Program-made: the position numbers and the translations under genes
DNA from: a virus
DNA length: 64,000 nucleotides
Virus record (IMG/VR): IMGVR_UViG_3300024999_000065
Location: 28,136 to 92,135 of that record
Reading direction: 5' to 3' (one strand)
Shown: positions 61,824 to 64,000 of the stretch, piece after piece
Position numbering within the stretch: the first letter of the stretch is position 1
How the letters are laid out: each line of letters starts with the position of its first letter
The notes under the pieces: model-generated
Told to the model about the DNA's origin: nothing
Databases searched by the model: none
Seen by the model: only the letters and a program-made list of their open reading frames with translations

Positions 61824-62451
61824 CTTTAACCAACAATCTGATCGTGGTGGTATGTTGATACCAGAATCAGAAATATCACAGATGGTAGATTTATCTAATA
61901 TCTCAATTTGCAGTATTGCTGATTTATCTGTTACTGAGATTGATAAATTAAATGAAAAATTAAAATTATGGAATCCATTACATGACGAAGAAGATTTGAG
62001 AATGTTTTTAGCAGATGAAGGTTTTACTTTCGGAAGTATCGACTTCCTCAGTGATTCGGTATCACCGCAAGAAATAGTTTGCTTTGATTTTCATAATAAA
62101 TCTTTTGATGATTTGAATTTATTTGAAACTACTTCTTGGTATCAATGGTCAGACGGAAGTAACTTGAAAGAAGAATGGGCAGGAGAAGATGCAGTAATTG
62201 TAAAAGTATCAGTGGAAGATGAAAAATACCTTAATTTAGATGAATGGGATGGTAACGATTGGTGTACTGGTGGTAAAAAGTTTTATCATGAAACAGTATA
62301 TAAAGTAATTGAATTAGATGGTAGCAAGGTAAATAATATGTATTTATTATGTGAATGGTCACAGTGGCAAGGTGATCATGAAACTGCTAAAATATTAACG
62401 CAGGATGAATTAGATACACACTTAGAAGAGATTGGTTATAAAATTGATTAA
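61795..62451 (+). CDS. Acidic hypothetical protein
   Basis: 218 aa, AGGAGG RBS. Confidence 0.75.
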   Translation: MKNFQIWESDFNQQSDRGGMLIPESEISQMVDLSNISICSIADLSVTEIDKLNEKLKLWNPLHDEEDLRMFLADEGFTFGSIDFLSDSVSPQEIVCFDFHNKSFDDLNLFETTSWYQWSDGSNLKEEWAGEDAVIVKVSVEDEKYLNLDEWDGNDWCTGGKKFYHETVYKVIELDGSKVNNMYLLCEWSQWQGDHETAKILTQDELDTHLEEIGYKID

Positions 62452-62673
62452 TTTAGTATGCTATTATTCTGCTCATTTGATATGATATAAGTGAGTAGAG
62501 GTGGTAAGATTGAATTGATAAAATCCAATTTAAAGGAGATATAAAATGTTAAAATTATTCCTTATTATATCATTTGTTATATTGTTGTCGTGTTTGACTG
62601 TATACTATCGAATGAAGAATAAATAATATCAACACGAAAGAAAACTTTTATTAAAAGTGGGAGGAGTTTTAAA

Positions 62674-62967
62674 ATGGATATAAAAATTGGAGATATATGT
62701 ATGTATGATTTTAAAAATGATGTTGATGGTTTTGTAGGTATTAGACCATGTATTATAGTAGAAATAAAAGATGATAATTATACTGTCATAAAATTAACCA
62801 CTAATAAAAATATGCTTAAGACTCGAAATATTAAAGTTAAAAAAGGTATCGAAACAGGACTAAAACAAGATGCAGGATTAGTAAATTATTTAAGTGTTAT
62901 TAATTCAAAATTAATTATATCAAAGATTGGTCGTTTCAATTTATATGATTCTCATAAATTAAACTGA
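62674..62967 (+). CDS. PemK/MazF-like toxin-fold protein
   Basis: GDI...RPCIIV...VIKLTT...TGLKQD...IGR. Confidence 0.7.
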   Translation: MDIKIGDICMYDFKNDVDGFVGIRPCIIVEIKDDNYTVIKLTTNKNMLKTRNIKVKKGIETGLKQDAGLVNYLSVINSKLIISKIGRFNLYDSHKLN

Positions 62968-63020
62968 ATAAAATTTCTTTTGTGTTGAAATGGAGTAATA
63001 AATAAAAAGGAGAGATAAAC

Positions 63021-63266
63021 ATGAATATAAAAGATTGTATTACTTGTGAATACGCACACAGAGACAAGCATAATAGATTTATTGATCCATGTTTAGGATA
63101 TAGCAATTGTTCTTACTCTGAATTTGAAGGAGAAATTAAACCTACTCTTAGAGAATGTATTGATAATCTTAATAAGAATATAGTCAATAATAATACAAAT
63201 GAAGAATATAGAAAAGGATTTAGGGATGCACTTGTATTTATTAAAAATTGGGATGATACTGAGTAA
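63021..63266 (+). CDS. Small Cys-containing protein
   Basis: CITC..C..C; AGGAG RBS. Confidence 0.65.
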   Translation: MNIKDCITCEYAHRDKHNRFIDPCLGYSNCSYSEFEGEIKPTLRECIDNLNKNIVNNNTNEEYRKGFRDALVFIKNWDDTE

Positions 63267-63353
63267 ATAATACTTTACAATTATATTGTGATTGTGTTAT
63301 ACTGTTTATAGTAAATTAATTAAAAAATACATAAATTGAGAGGAGATTTAAAA

Positions 63354-63857
63354 ATGGAAAAGGCAAATATAAAGTATGAAGTTTATTTTTGTAGTTGTGG
63401 AAGGGTTCATTTTATTAACACAGAAAAATTAAATAAAGCTATTGAAAATGAAAAACAATTATTAGTAGTATGTAATAATTGTGGTAATTCTTTTGTTGAA
63501 GGTGCAGATAAACAAGATTATGACGGTGAAGAAGGATATATGATGTATTCATACAGTAAAAGGGATACTGAAATTAACGATACATCAAAGATTGACAGTA
63601 TTATTTTTACTTCAGGTGAACATATAAGAATGATGACAGGTGGAGAAGCCACGTTTTACGGTAATGGTACATTTATAGACTGGGAAACAAAGAAACCTGA
63701 TAATGTGACAGATGAAGAATGGAAAACAATGAGAGAGAATGTTAATGTTGAACGTACAATTAACTGGATTAGAGATGATAATAAACTTAGTCATATGAGT
63801 AATTATGTCACTGGCATTAATTGGAAAGGTACTAAGTTTGAAAATAAATGGAGTTAA
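63354..63857 (+). CDS. Zinc-ribbon hypothetical protein
   Basis: CSCGRVH...CNNCG; ATG 63354 after GAGGAG. Confidence 0.7.
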   Translation: MEKANIKYEVYFCSCGRVHFINTEKLNKAIENEKQLLVVCNNCGNSFVEGADKQDYDGEEGYMMYSYSKRDTEINDTSKIDSIIFTSGEHIRMMTGGEATFYGNGTFIDWETKKPDNVTDEEWKTMRENVNVERTINWIRDDNKLSHMSNYVTGINWKGTKFENKWS

Positions 63858-64000
63858 TTAAAACATGATAAATGATCGGTTTTGTTATGTTGATGCTTGA
63901 CATAGAAACAAAAGTATAATATAATTAAAGAAATACATAAAAGGAGCGTGTTTTTATAATGACACAAGAAATTAATAGAATTAAGTTTATCAATATTGAA

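Noticed and set aside
2065-63794. Short antisense or out-of-frame ORFs in the track (e.g. 2065+, 9408+, 9723+, 11685+, 16802+, 17481+, 19940+, 27081-, 30507-, 40126-, 40238+, 43010-, 52006+, 58484-, 63612-)
   Set aside because: Shadows of longer motif-bearing genes, without RBS and with biased composition
44476-63890. ATAAAA-N6-TTTTAT-like palindromes at gene boundaries (44476, 49696, 57780, 62636, 63868)
   Set aside because: Only one perfect copy; too degenerate to support by eye in such AT-rich DNA without a statistical scan
1-64000. tRNA or rRNA genes
   Set aside because: No cloverleaf or T-loop (GTTCRA) context noticed by eye; tRNAscan-SE would be needed to exclude them

Overview
Very AT-rich segment of a large SPbeta-like (YonO RNA polymerase-encoding) phage or phage-plasmid, probably infecting a spore-forming Firmicute. 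Left arm (1-25.7 kb, minus strand): tyrosine recombinase, UvrD-like helicase, DNA methyltransferase, an interrupted PAPS-reductase-like gene, and a YonO-type single-chain RNA polymerase split inside its catalytic DxDGD motif by a group I intron carrying a GIY-YIG endonuclease. Further downstream lie PIN-PhoH, a TROVE/Ro60-like DUF2828-vWA protein, a YonJ-like metallophosphoesterase, a ClpP-like protease, zinc-ribbon endonucleases and the start of a YonG-like gene. Middle (26-36.7 kb): membrane proteins with an FtsK plus Replic_Relax module, and a 2.2-kb skewed non-coding region containing a perfect parS and iteron-like repeats. Right arm (36.7-64 kb, plus strand): many short promoter-gene-terminator cassettes (amidoligase plus frameshifted GATase, DUF932, LPD29-like, DUF4942 MTase, DEDDh exonuclease, HTH, PemK/MazF-like). 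Best candidate for an undescribed system: a promoter-driven array of six hairpin RNA units at 7751-8315, each with a covarying stem, an invariant CAGCAA at a fixed position and a variable loop, transcribed directly into the Ro60/TROVE-like gene. All family calls come from reading motifs by eye. No database searches were run, so novelty is untested.
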